DNA from: Vicugna vicugna
Lineage: Eukaryota
DNA: 64,000 bases
Assembly (NCBI GenBank): GCA_013265495.1
Contig: MU058228.1
Span: 124,001-188,000, forward strand
Direction: 5' to 3'
A program made the translations under genes and the position numbers. How positions within the stretch are numbered: the stretch's first letter is position 1; every line of letters begins with the position of its first letter. The notes under the pieces were generated by a model that made no database searches, was not told the origin of the DNA, and saw only the letters and a program-made list of their open reading frames with translations. Shown piece after piece: positions 50,049 through 63,484 of this stretch.

Positions 50049-50895
50049 CTTGCCACAGTCAGTTTCTTATTTTACTTAGTTTCTCTGAGTCTTTACTCTT
50101 GTTAATGTGTTATGACTGTTCAGGAGGGGTATTTATTCAGTGTTTCTCAGGTTTATTTCACCACAGAAACTCTAGCTCTGGGAGCACCAATGAAGACTCC
50201 TCACAAGATAGTTTGGCCACTGTTTGTTCTGCACTTTCTCGAGATGATCTTGACCATCTCAGATTTCAACCTAGACTTGCCCCCACCCCCAGCCTCCAAA
50301 GCTGGTGGGTACACGTGTGGGTGCTGTAAGCTTCCCACACTTCGTGGCCCTGGGTAAGGGTCTGCTGAAGTCTTTTCCTCTGGGGACCAGGGTTTTGTTA
50401 GGGAAAACACTGGGCACATTTTAAAAAATATACTTTCTCCCCCTGCCAGAGCCAGGAAGGATCTTTCTCAACTTTTCCCCCCTGAGAATTTGATGGGGTC
50501 CCTGGAGGTAAAACACATGAAAATATGCAGCTCCCCCAATACTGCAGCTCCCCAGAGTTTCTCACTGTGTAGCCAACCCACACTCCACCTCCAGCGATCC
50601 GTCAGAACGACCATGTGCGTATTCCTTCTTGTTTATGGCTCCAGTGGGTTTTGATTCTGCTGTTAACCAGATCTCAGTTTCAATTCTGTGGGTTTGCCTG
50701 TCCATCCAGCTTTTGGGGTGGCAATTGGCCATTCAACCTCAGTTCTCTGATGAGTCCAAGAAAAGCCATTGATTTTTCAGTTTTCTCATCATTTTCTTAC
50801 AAAGAAATGAGTTACGATTTACAAATTCTTTATATGTTGACACTGAAACTGGAAGTATCCTTTTATAATATTAAAATAGGTTTCTTATAGAGCTC

Positions 50896-51413
50896 TGTAA
50901 TGGTTAATTTTTTGTGTCAACTTGACTGGATTAAGGGGATGCCCAGATAGCTGGTAAAACATCTCTGGGTGTGTCTGTAAGGGTATTTCCAAAAGAGATT
51001 AACATTTGAATCCATAGAAGAAGATTGCTCTCCCCAACCAGCATGGACATCATCCAGTCAGTTGAGAGCCTGAACAGAACAAAAGACAGAGGAAGGGTAA
51101 TTTCTCTGTTCAAGCTGGAACATCCGTCTTCTGCACTTGCACATCAGTGCCCCTGGTTCTTGGGCCTTCAGACTGGGACTGGGACTTACACCATCGGCAC
51201 TCCCATTCTTGGCCCTGTGGACCTCAACTGGAACTTCCAGCATCAGCTCTCCTGGTCCTCAGGCCTTTGGACTTGGACCGAATTAAACCACCAGCTTTCC
51301 TGGTTCTTCAGCTCTCAGCACACCGTAGAGCTTCTTGGCTTCTATGATCACATGAGCCAATGGCCAATGATCTATTCTTTCAGATCTCTCACTGAAGAAC
51401 CATGACTCATACA
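50896..51413 (+). mobile_element. MLT2 (ERVL) solo LTR
   Basis: Begins TGTAATGGTTAATTTTTTGTGTCAACTTGACTGG and ends GACTCATACA. 5-bp TSD AGCTC/ACCTC with one mismatch. Confidence 0.8.
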
Positions 51414-52676
51414 ACCTCATATAGTTGGGTCTTGCTTATTTCCTATACAGTTTGTCAAGTCTTAACTGTTATTCGCAAACCATTCCCAGTTAAAGTGACT
51501 GTATAGTTGGATTAAAATATACTGTCTGGCTAGCTGCTTTCTATTAGTTTCATTTCTGTTTCTTTTTTTCCCCTTTTCTGCCTTCTCTAGTTTTATTGTG
51601 CATTTAAAAATAAAATTCATTTTATCTTACTTACTTATTATTTACACTTCTTAAAATTTTTTGAGTCATTGCTTTGGCATTTACAATGTACATTTTGAAA
51701 AGTCTGAATCAACCTTCAAATAACACGTTTCATGGATGGTGAAAGACTTTATAACCGTATCACCTTGATTCCCAGCCCTTGCTCTGTTGTCACACATTTC
51801 ACTTTTAGGCTTGCAATGAACACCCAATTCATCATTATTATTAATGCCTTGAATGCTTACTTGCTTTAAACATCTGGTATGTTAAAAAGTGTTAAGGTGA
51901 ATGAAATGACAAAAGTGGAAAGCAGATACAATGAAGAAACACAGGTTACTGAAGACTCTTAAGATTTTGGAAAGATACTTGTCATAGAATACTTATGCTG
52001 ATGACTTAGAAGCTGTAGGCTACATTCAGGCGGCCAAGAGAGACTCTCAGGAAAGAGAAAAAATCACAGTTTCTCTGGAGCCCGGGTGCTGAGAGTCCAG
52101 CCTTAATTTTTGGTGACCTGGGGTCCTTTCGGGGCTAAAAGAAAAATTCAGGAGACAGGTGATTCTGAAGTGGGAAAGATTTAGAGTCAAATGGATCATG
52201 GTCTTCTGAATGAACTTGAAAGTACAGCTTATCTGTTCTTCCTCACAGTTTTACCATCATTGGTGTCATGGTGTATGTAGCATGATGTGGTAACAAGCGT
52301 GGTGTCTTGCTTGTTGACAGATTATCTCATTTTGGTTTCTCATTTAGTGTGATGCACACACTTTCAGGTCTTGCTTCTTTATCCATTGTAAAAATCTCTG
52401 GCTTTTAATCTGAATCTACTTTGAAGCAATCTGTCACTTCATGTGTATTGAGAAACTTTAGTCCATTTATACTTAATGAAAATTGGTATCATTAAGTTTA
52501 AATCTGTCAACTTGCTTTTTAAAATTTTGCCCTTTCTGTTTTTTTTCCCTCTATTACTCTTTTCCTGATTTTTTGTTTTGCAGAGGGTGGTTAATAAAAT
52601 ATTTAAAATTTTAATTTTATTTCAATTATTTGTATCTTTATGGAGCTGTATCTCCTTTAAAAATAATTTTAAATTT

Positions 52677-54075
52677 GACATTTTGGTTAACTATTCTTCA
52701 ACAAGGGTGACGAGTACACAATGAGGAAATTATAAGGCTCTTCAATAAGCAGTTTTTGGAAAACTGGATATCCACATGCAAAAGAATGAAATCCAATCCT
52801 TATCATACATCATACACAAAAATCAACTGAAAATGGTTTAAACAATTAAATGTAAGACCCAAAACTATATAACTCCTGGAAGAAAACATAGAGAAAAAAC
52901 TTGAAATTGGCCTTGGCAATGATTTCTTGGCTATGACACCAAAAGCAAAGGCAACAAAAGCAAAAATAAAGAAGCAGGACTACATCAAACTGAAAAGCTT
53001 CTGCACAGTGATGGAAATAGTCAACAAAATGAAAAGACAACCTATGGAATGGGAGAAAATGTTTGCAAACCATGATCTGATACAGGGTTAATAACCAAAA
53101 TATATAAGGAATCCCTACAATTCAGTAGCAACAATTAAATGACCCTATTTAGAACGGGCAAAGGAATTGAACAGACATTTCTCCAAAGAAGACATCTACC
53201 AATGGCCAACAGTTACAAGAAAAGGTGCTCAACATAACTACTCATCAGGGAAATGCTAATCAAAGCCACAAAACCCACACTTGCTTGGATGGCTATTATC
53301 AGGAAAACAAAAGATGACAAACAGTATGGAGGTTCCTCAAAAAATTAAAAATAGAACTACCGTATGATCTAGCAATCCCACTTCTGACTCAATATCCAAA
53401 GGACTTGAAATCAATACCTCAAAGATACATCTGCACTCACATGTTCATTGCAACATTATTCAAAATAGCTACGACATGGGAGCAACCTAAACATCCATCA
53501 TCAGGTGAATGGATAAACAAAATGTACATACAAAGAAATATTTTTCAGCCTTAAAAAAAAAAAAGGGAATCCTGCCATTTGTGACAATGCAGATGAACCT
53601 GGAGGAACTTAGCTAAGTGAAATAAGCCAGGCATGGGACAAATACTACATGGTATCATTTATTTAACAAATCTGAAATAGACTCATAGAAGCAGAGATTA
53701 GAACGGTGGTTGCAAGGGGCTGGGGGAAGGAGACATGGGGAGGTACTAGTCAAAAGGTGGAGTTTCAGTTATACACGGTGAATTAAGTCCTAGAGATCTG
53801 TACAGCATAGATCCTGTAGTTAACCATACTGCATTTAAAAATTTGCTAAGAGGGAGTTAAGTGTTCTTATCACAAGAAAATAGTAAGAAAGGCAGGAGGA
53901 AATTCTGGAGGTGATGGGTATGTTTATGGCATAGATCATGGCTTTATGGTATTGTGGCAGTGGTTTCATGAATGCACACTTATCTGCAAACTTATCAAGT
54001 TTTAGTTATTAAATATGTACAGCTTTTTGTATGTCACTTACACCTCAAAATGTTTTAAACAAAATAAAACAAAAC
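52677..54075 (+). mobile_element. L1 3' fragment with A-rich tail
   Basis: ORF2 C-terminal and 3' UTR motifs ('tggaaaactggatatccacatgcaaaagaatgaaa', 'gctaagtgaaataagccag'), with an A-rich end near 54057-54080. Confidence 0.82.
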
Positions 54076-54089
54076 AAAATACCCCCTTA

Positions 54090-55440
54090 TTTCTTGTTTG
54101 ATTTATCCTTTGATAGAAGTTACTTAGAAGTATGCTATTTAGTTTCCAAATATTTGGGATTTTCCTGGGGATCTTTCTCTTATGATTTCTAATTCAATTG
54201 TGTTCTGAGAAAATACTTGTGACAAACTCTAAATTTATTTATACTTTTATTATGGCCCAGAATATGGTCTATCTTGATAAATGTTTCATATGCACTTGAA
54301 AGATGTGTATTATTCTTTTACTGAGTGGAGTGTCCTGTGTCAATTAGGTCTAGTTTTTCAATATTGGCCTATTATTTAAAAATTTTCTCTGTCCTTTCTG
54401 TCTCCACTCTTTCAGGACTCCAATTATGTGTATATATATTAGGCTATTTGAGGTTGTCCAGAAGCTCACACATACTGTTCATTAAATTTTTAGATTGTTT
54501 CCTATCTTGTTTCATTTTGGATAGTTTCCACTGCTATGTCTTCATGCATCAATATTTTCTTTTGCAATGTCCAATCTGCTATTGATTCCTCCAGTGGGTT
54601 TATTGTTTCAGACATTGTAGTTTTCGACACTAGAAACTCCTGTGGGTGTTTCTGTTTTATCTACTTTGTCTTTACTAACATGTTTAATCTTTCCTCTAAC
54701 ATTTTGAATATGTAGAATGTTATAATGAAGTGTTTCAATGTCTTTGTCTTCTGTCTGATCTAACCAACATAATCACTAAAATACCTCAAATTGTCTATTA
54801 AGTACCAATTCTGAGTAGCAATCAAGTCATTGATCTTTCTTTTCATTGTGGTTAATTGGGTGCCTGGATAATTTTTTTTTTATTGAATGCTAGAACTGTT
54901 GTGAATTTTATCCTGTATGCTGGAGATTTTTGTAGCCCTACAAATATTCTTGAGCTAGGATTTGTTAAGCAGAACCCTAGCAGGGTTTAGCCTAGGTCTA
55001 ATTATTCCTCACTACTGAGGCAAGACCCTTCTGACTGTTACACCCAGCACTCCAGACTGGTTTTCCAGTTTGGCAGGTGGGAACAGGAACCGTTCCTGGC
55101 TGGCCCAGGTCCAGGTGCAGGTAGTTCTTTCCCCAGCCTTGGGCAGTTTCATTGGGCACTTGTGCTGAACGGTACTCTGCTAAATACTCGAGGGGGAGCC
55201 CCTGCACGTCTCTGGGTTTCTCTGTCTCTGGGCAGCCTTCTTCTCTCCATCACTCTGCCCTGCTAATTCCAGTAAACTTGATCTCCCCAGACTCTCACCT
55301 TTATCTCCTCAACTCAGGGAAGTGGTTTGGTTCCATCTGGTTTCTTCCTCCCAACATTGCCGCCTGAAAGCTCTCAAGACAACATGGGGGAAAACCCTCC
55401 CCCCACCCATGTTACTCCATCTTGGTCAGAAGCAGAAGTC
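54090..55440 (-). mobile_element. Old L1 fragments, antisense
   Basis: Antisense ORF2/ORF1/5' UTR-like text. 54985-55260 resembles the reverse complement of the L1 5' region at 44400-44690. Confidence 0.6.
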
Positions 55441-56796
55441 CGTGCATGTGTGTTTTAAGCAATTAGAAAAGGTTCTTTTCTCACACGCAAACTACCTTTT
55501 CCCCTCTTTTTCTGATTCAATTTTCAGTATACAGCATGTTGTATTTAATTGGAATTCTTGAGTACACGAATACTTGTTATAATTAGTTAAATTGTATAAC
55601 TTGAATGCACAATAGACACCATTATAAAGTGAATTCTAATGTGGCTGAATGATCAGAGAAGTTCAAACAAGTATGTGAAAATTCTGGCTTATTTTCTGAG
55701 CAATCTTGGTAATGTGGTTATATAAAATTGCTTGTGGTTAGAAAATTCAAATTTTGTTTTAGATATTGGCAATGCACCAATGAAGAAAACAGACATATCC
55801 ATGCTCTCATGGAGTTTACATTCTAATCTCCATTTACATGGATATTAAGAGCTTGCCGTTACATAGCACTTAACACAGGCAGTATGGCACTCTAGCGACT
55901 TACTGAATTCTCACAAAACCCTATGAAACATATTTTATTTTTGTCATCATTTTTCAAGAGAGGACATAAGCACAGATTGTTGAAATAACTTGCTTGAGAT
56001 TACATAGCCAGAAAGTAGTAGAATTGGGATTTGAACTCAGTGTCTCTGGCCCCATAATTCTCTTCTTGCTTAATTTCTACAACACTCAGTTTCTCTCAGG
56101 TGGACCAGTGGGAGCTATCTTATTGATTCTGCTGGTTAGGTATCTCTCTCTCTCTCTCTTCAGTCTTTCTGTTTTTGTCACTTTAATCTACCTGTCTCAA
56201 TGTAAGAAGGATTTAAGTCTTCCTCCTCCAGTGAGTTTCTGGTTTCCCTTATAGTTCCTATGATCTGCTTTATTAAATACTGCTACTCTGATAGTGCTTA
56301 TGCTTCCATAACTATTGTATCTTCATTAGAGATGGCACCCACTGTTACATTCTTTTACAGATTTTAGTTTCACTGTTAAATACACTTCAGAGAATGTCCT
56401 TTTACAATTACAATGTTTTTGTTTCATTCATAATTTTACATGATATTCTTAATCCTGTTTTTATTAGAGCAATTTTATTAGTTTCCTATCATGAGATTTT
56501 TTTATGCTCAACTCTCCATATCAAATCAATCATGAGACTAGGTTAGTGACTCCCTCCTAAAATATCCTGAAATTATTTACTGCTACAATCAGTCCAAAAC
56601 ACTATTCTCTTTTCCTTGGAATGTAGCAATAGCCTCATAACTGGCCACACTGCCTGCATCCTTACCTGGTAACACACACCCACCATGATACATCATCTAG
56701 TGTGAGCTCTCAAACATATAAGTTTTATCTTGGTACTTCCTCACCATTAACTTTCTAAGAACTCACATTCTTCTTTGAATAAAATTTACTAGACCT

Positions 56797-56950
56797 TGTC
56801 TTTCTGCCTTTTCTTCCTTCCTCCCTTTCCATCCCTTCCCTTCCCTTGCCTCCCTCCCTGCCCTCTTTCCTTCTCCTTCTCCCTCCATTTCTTTCTTTCT
56901 TTTCCCCGTCTTCCTTCCTCCTCTCTCTTTCCCTCCCTCCGTTCCTCCTG
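56797..56950. repeat. CT-rich low-complexity tract
   Basis: Degenerate (CTTC/CCTT/CTCC)n polypyrimidine run. Confidence 0.85.
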
Positions 56951-59900
56951 ATGCTTATATCCATCCTGGCATCTCCAATTCTCTCTGCATTGCACCTACT
57001 GTCATATTTGCTTCCTTTCAGCTCCTTAATTACAACACGAATTTCTCAACTTACAGATTTTGCACGTTTTTCACTTTATCTGGACTTCTTTTCACCTTCA
57101 GTTTCCTGGATAACTCTTACCTCAACTTAGAGGTCTTAGCTTATATGCCATTTTTAAAAGAGGCTTTCCCTCACCGAGTTTACTATAGTGACCTCCCTGT
57201 TTCACTCCAGCATAAGAAATTCTTTCTTATCATAGTTCATCATGGACATGCATTGTTTTGTCTTTTACACACTCCTTCCCTACTTCTGCTAACATCACCC
57301 CTTCACAACCACACTTTGTAATATTACTCCACTCCAAATCCATGTTCCTCTGGTGGTTCGATCCAATGTCCCCAGCCCAGGCTTTGGCCCACAGTGATTG
57401 CTCCAAGGGGTGGCCGCCGGGCCAAAGCGTTGGTCAGATCTCTTCCCTGGAGTTTTCTCACAGGAGGAGTATTGGATTTCAAGCCAAAAGGAAGGTGTTA
57501 CAGGTTCCAGATGTATGGTTCCTCCATATAAAAATGTCCAAGACTCTTGGGGAGATGGAAATGTTAGGTGTCTTGACTGGTGGTGGTTTCATAGGTGTGT
57601 ACATTTATTAAAATCCATCAAATTGTACATTTGAAATATGTGTAGTTTGCTGTACAAAAATCATACCACAATGAAGTTGTTTCTGAAAAATGCCTGAGAG
57701 AATGACATCGAAACAGTGACCTGAGCCACGATGAAAGATGGAAAAAGAAGGCGCTGGCATAATTCAAGTCATTGGCTCAGGCTGACACTGGTATTAGTCC
57801 ACTGTATCGTTGCTGTGATTCCCTACCCTTTCCTTAAGGTAGTATCGGTTTTGTTTTAAAAGGTATTGATTAATACAAATTACTAGCCCAACGTGATATA
57901 GTATATTTGCTTACTTGTTTTATGTGTCGGTCCCGTGGAGGAAGGGACCATGCTTGCTTGTTAGCCACTGTACCCATGCTACCCAAATACAGTGCTTGGG
58001 ACATGGCAGATGATCGTCAAATATCGGTCAAATAAATTAATGTGCTATACAAATGCTGTAAGTGCCTTAACTAGAGAAATATTGTATCCTGGCCAGAAGA
58101 AAAGCACCCAGGAAATGACAAGACAGAAGATTTTGAAGAAAGTGAGGATAAATTGAATCCTTTACTCAAAGAACAAACAACAAGATGAAACTCAGTGAAG
58201 CAGGACATTTTAGTATCTGAGTTGAGATAGAGAAGCAAAGACAAAGACAAGTTCAATAGATCCTTTAATGGAGAAGGGCAGGTAGGAGAATGAGACGGGA
58301 GTAAATAAGTAAATAAGGAGGACAAATACACCACTTGCTTCTTTTACTTCTGTATCTGAAATCTTTTCACCTGTTATTTCCCCCTGGGGTGGGAAATATT
58401 CGTGGTAATTACCCGCCTCTAATCCTTGACTTCTTTTCTATGATCTGGCACATGGGGAAACCCTCCCCAGGCTCCTGTGGGCAATGGAGACTAGATCTTT
58501 CTCAGACTCTCTTCTCCAGAGGGTTGGATGGAAGGCACTAGAGAGATCTGAGTTCCAAGATGAAAAACAAGCCAGGAACTCTAGGAATTGTTTCTCTCCA
58601 TGGCTAATTGGCCCTTGGAGAAGACATTCCTGTGTTATCTTCAGAACCACACTTCTTAAAATGTCTCACTCCCTTGACCCCTACAAAGCAACTTCAAGCA
58701 GAGCCCTTTGGGAATGCTCATCTCATGCACAAAGCAAGTCTAATTGGCATCTTGAGTATTGGTTTCAGAAGAGATTCAGGATGTGTCCTTCGGGTGGGAA
58801 TCCCTGATGCCATATATGTAGTGACCTCATTTGTGTCACCTGACATAGGTCCTCTGGGTTGGGAGGTGTTTTATTTCCCCACTTCCCTCAGGATTGGCTC
58901 ATGTCAGGCCAAGTCTTTCCTCATTCTAACCCCTATGAATCCTGCTGAGGAAACATTCATGCAGTCAGGAAGGGGCTTATTCTAAAAACATCAGCACTAG
59001 AGCTAAATCCCTGGGGAAAGGAGGTGTGTACATCTAAGAAGAGAATAGAGCAGAAAATCCAAAATAGATTTTCTTTTGACTCTGGGCTCATTGATTACAG
59101 AGCAGGTATTAAATGTAGCATCTACACCCAGTAAAATTAAAGCAGATTGTGATCGCTGAATCTCTCATTGCTATGTTTGGATGGAGACGTGGCTCAGACA
59201 GATATTTAGAGTTAGAGGAGTCATATGCATGAGTCAAAGACTCAACTAGTAGAGGCTAAAGAAGTTTAATTAGTTAATCTGTCCTGATATGCGCTGATGG
59301 AATTCAAAATCTGAGCACTATTTGAAAGAGCTTTACAGAATTACACATTCTACTGCTCCTGGCAATGCTCCATCACTAAGGTAATTCATGTAAACAATGA
59401 TGGCTGTGTCAGACAATACCCTCTACAGCACTCCACAGCGCATGGAGGTCTCAGGGTTATGAAGGAAGTCTGATGAGCACCTCAGAAAAGACTGGAAATT
59501 CAGTAGCCAAGGTGAGAGTCAGTGTGGATCTGTTCTGCACTCTCTGTTTCTCCTCTATACTCGCTTTTCTCACAAGTGTCTGCAGAGGAAACTCCGGGTA
59601 AGGTATCGTTTGGGCTTGAGGTATTCAAGAAACTTTATTAGAAACCAGGACATGCTCTGGCACTGCCCGCTGATTTCCCCAGCCCTCAAGTCAGAGGGAG
59701 GTACTTGCTTGCCCCATGAGGAAAGCTGCCTGTGAAGGCGGAGGAATAAGTCACTTGAGGGTCACAAATCAAAACGGGAAATTAGTAGGAAAGTTGCCTG
59801 TGGGAGGAAGAGAGACATGAATCAGGTGACGGAAAATTTTATGGTATGGAGATTTAGAGAGAACGATGGAAGCTGATGAGGAAAGAGAGGGGGAAGTATA

Positions 59901-60088
59901 TGGATGCTAAGTAAAGGGAAACGTGCGGCTGTCTTGACTGGGCTGGAGCGATGAGAGGGAGCGTGGGGAAGGCTGGGCTCTTAGTCCACAGGAAGCTGAG
60001 TGCGGAATAACAGTGCGAGGTGACAGCCCAAAAGATGATCCTAGGCTGCATGAATATGGAGAGAGATAATAAATGTGATCTGTTTCTT

Positions 60089-60237
60089 TTTAAAAAATTA
60101 TTTTTAAAAATTATTTTTTTGGGTGGCGGATTAGGTTTATTTATTTAGTTATTTTTAGTGGAGGGACTGGGGATTGAACCCAGGACCTTGAGCATGCTAA
60201 GCATGCGCTCTACCACTGAGCTACACCTGCCCCGCCC
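60089..60237 (-). mobile_element. Full-length tRNA-derived SINE (Vic-1-like) with TSD
   Basis: A/B boxes (GGTGTAGCTCAGTGGTAGAGCGCATGCTTAGCATGC...GGTTCAATCCCC) and an AT-rich tail. 15-bp TSD TGTGA(T/A)CTGTTTCTT at 60074-60088 and 60238-60252. Confidence 0.88.
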
Positions 60238-60589
60238 TGTGAACTGTTTCTTACTGGTCAAATTATACTTGGAAGAATATGTTAAATTCTGAGTTCTTCA
60301 TTTTAAAAAGCAGATAATCTGGAATGCGTGAAGATCTAGGGAGACATTTTGGAGGAAAAACAGAAAGAGGGATAGTGTGGATATTTTGAGTATTAATTTA
60401 GATTAAAAAAAAATTCAGTTTCTCCATGGTGATCAAGCTTTCATTCTGATCAGTATTCATATGAGAATTAGGTAAAGGTCTGATGGGAAATCTAGCTGAC
60501 TAAATGGTAGAATCCTAGTTTCACCAGCCTGATCCATAATTTGAATGCTCTCAGGTCTACCCAGGACGTGTCTCTCACCTGTTTTCAGG

Positions 60590-62260
60590 TACACAGTATG
60601 GTGGCTTTGTTATGCGTCAGCTTGGCGCCCATACACATCTCCTTAAACCATACTTAATCTCCAAAGGGAGACAATACCAAGTTATCCTTCCAGCTAACCT
60701 AATACAACTATCCCATGCACGAACCATAAAGACGTTAACCTCTGTCCCACGAAGAGGATATAAAACCCACCAGTCCTTTCCCCATAAGATGGTACAAAAT
60801 CCCTTTTTTGTCTTTAAGTTAAATTTATTCTACTCCTGTCTGATTCATACTTGCCTTTTTTTATAGCCTGTAACTGAAATACTAAGATATGAAGTTAACT
60901 ATATTAATGTATCTTATGTTAGACAAGGGGACGGCAGAGGGGAAGAAAGCTAAAACATCTGGTTAATACATGTACACCAAAATACGCCTGTCAAAATAAG
61001 GAAGAAGTGCCTGTCTCTATTACAGCTCTTGTTCCTGCAGCTGCTCACATAGTCACGGCTGGTTTCTCTAACTACTTTCTTTCACTACCCATCCCATATT
61101 TCCCTTCGTCCTCACTTGGTCATGAATACTTCTCTGTGGGTGAGTGACCCTCATCTTCATTTCTGAAGGATCTGGGATATTAGCAGTCCTGCATAAATGG
61201 GGTTATTGTCATTTTCCACTGACTTTCATCATAGGACATTTGAGCACAGGAGGCACCCTAAAAATCTGGATTCCAGACGTGTTCCTCCTCATCCCCCCAG
61301 GATCAGTCATACCCACCAGTATAGTGACTGCCTTTGCTTGTCGATTGCGTGATATGAGGACCCCAAAGTGGCAACGTGGCAGCCTCGCTTCTCTGCAAAC
61401 AGAATCACTGTGTCCCCTGGGGGAAGGGCTCCTCCTTTGTGACTAAGACCTCTAAAGCAGCAGAGACCAAAAGTGTGACAGGAAGGCAAACTGTGCTGGG
61501 GGGTCACAGTTATAGAGGTCATCGTGAGAGGACGCACTCCCGTTTCCACCTCTTGGTGCCTAATCCCGTGAACCTTTGCAGTGGGAGAAACAGCACCCTA
61601 AGCTGGATACGGATTTAGAGCAAACAGCACATCCCAGAGGACACGACCCCAGCAGTGTGAGGTGTTGCTGACTAGCTGTTGCTGTAACTGAGCCTTCAAA
61701 AGGCTGTTCCACTGTTCTGTCAGGCCCATCGTTTCAGGAGGATGGAGAATATTTTCAGACCAGCGGATTCCATCAGCAGAGGTCCATCCCCACACTTCGT
61801 TTGCTGTGAAACAAGTCCCCTAGCCGGAGCACGGCTTCATGGAATGCCGTCACGTCCAGTGAAGCACTCCGTAAGTCCACAGGTGCTATTCCGCAGCAGC
61901 ACTGCAGGCGAGGAGGGCCAGTCCGTGCTGAGAGCAAGTGTCCACTCCAGGAAGAACAAAGTACCGTGCGTCCTACAATGGAAGTGTAACCAATTTACCA
62001 CAGAGGATCTGGCTGATCCCCCTGGGCGGTGATGCCCTCAAGGACCCACGGCATATTGTGGCGTTTAGGGGCCACTGGCAGACTGGGCGACCCAGCCGTG
62101 GCTGCAGCTAGACTGGCCGGGGTGAGTGCAAGTCCACGTGGCTGCGCCCATGTGGAGCCTCCAGCCCTGCTGCCATGGCCACTGTGTTTGTGAGTCTTTG
62201 TCATGAATAAGAGTGGCTGAGAAAGTGCTGGCATCCACAGAATGGGTTAGCACTTGGACA
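60590..62260 (-). mobile_element. ERVL internal remnant (integrase and downstream region)
   Basis: Minus-strand ORF pieces HKHSGHGSRAGGSTWAQPRGL (integrase HH zinc motif) and HPPETMGLTEQWNSLLKAQLQQQL (ERVL integrase core, cf. GLIERWNGLLK). Heavily degenerate. Confidence 0.72.
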
Positions 62261-62433
62261 GGGTGCCTCATTCCATGGACACTAGTAATTGGTATTTCTT
62301 GTTTTCCTGTGAATATTTGCACATTTTTCATTGTATGCAGGATAGTTATGTTAGGCAGGAGGATGACTTTGTTGTGTTTGTGGTTACGCATGGTTTAAGG
62401 AGATGTGTATTTGTGCCACTGACAGGAGATGGA

Positions 62434-63052
62434 CTCTAGAGGTTTCTCAAATGTGTCAACTAGGCAAGGATGAGCCACATTTACCGGAATTGCCATTTTG
62501 TGAGTTTATGGTTAAGGTGGGCCACAGAGGAGATTCTTAGGAAGATGCAGAGGACGGAGGGGAAGCCGGCATTTTTATAATTCGTAACACTGTTGCTGAT
62601 CTGCTGGCTCCCTCCCTGGCATGAGGCAGTAGTGGGCCTGCAGTTACTCCACCTTCCTCAGGATCTTCCTGTTTAGCTTCTCTTACTTCTGGGCCAGGAG
62701 TGTGTGTCTAGCCTCATTAAGTTGGGCCTTGGCCTTTGCGAGAAAACCACACCACCAATTCCAGAGGCAGTAAGTGATGTGGGTCTCAGTCTGTCCTTGT
62801 GGGATTACACGTCATGTTGTGGGTTCCAGCCTGACCTTGATCTACCACAGTTTATGTCCATCGTCCCTTCCTGACTGCCTCCCCCATGGACCTCCAGTCC
62901 AGCGTTAGACACAAAGATGACAGCCTTACATAGAATGCTTAACAGCTTTCTCAGTCAAGTAAGCCAAAATTCTGTACAACCATTAAATATGTACATACAA
63001 TTATGTACACATGTCTTAGTGGTTCAGCTTCTTTGGTTAAACCCTGACTGAT
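62434..63052 (+). mobile_element. MLT2-type LTR (older subfamily)
   Basis: Start region 'atgtgtcaactaggc' and end 'gtggttc.gcttct.tggttaaaccctgactgata'. Confidence 0.5.
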
Positions 63053-63064
63053 AGAAGGAAAAAT

Positions 63065-63190
63065 TTATATATATATATAATATTTACATTATACATACAG
63101 TTAGAGTATATATAGAAGGGGTGTGTGTGTATAAATATATATACATACTTAGAATATATGCATATATCCACATATATGTATGTACATCTA
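63065..63190. repeat. (TA)n/(TG)n compound microsatellite
   Basis: Runs such as tatatatatatata, gtgtgtgtgt and tatatgcatatat. Confidence 0.8.
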
Positions 63191-63484
63191 TCTCCTCTTC
63201 AATGAGGAGAGACTCTTGTTTTGAAGGTAGGCACTTAATAGGGTCTAGACATTCTGGAATTTCAGAGTGATCATATTTGTGAACAGAGATTTGAAGTTCT
63301 CACCTTTAAAAAAACGGTTATTTCCATAATGAAAGCTGTTGAATACTTAGAAATAGAAAACATTCTCTTTAACAATTCTTTCACAGATCAAAAGCTGCTG
63401 CTTGTCAGGTGTGATGAACCCCAGTATTTCTGATTTGACATTTCCTCTTCCCTTCCTGTTTCCCCAGGGACGGAGGAAGGGGGA

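Noticed and set aside
44400..55260. Inverted similarity between 44400-44690 and 54985-55260 around the last TRIM4 exon
   Set aside because: It is explained by two divergent copies of the same old L1 family in opposite orientation, not a local duplication.
56755..57130. E/R/K/G-rich and L/S/F-rich ORFs
   Set aside because: These are translations of the CT-rich low-complexity tract.
60170..60237. tRNA gene call for the A/B-box sequences here and at 8485-8571 and 24620-24745
   Set aside because: The AT-rich tail, TSD and multiple divergent copies indicate tRNA-derived SINEs, not tRNA genes.
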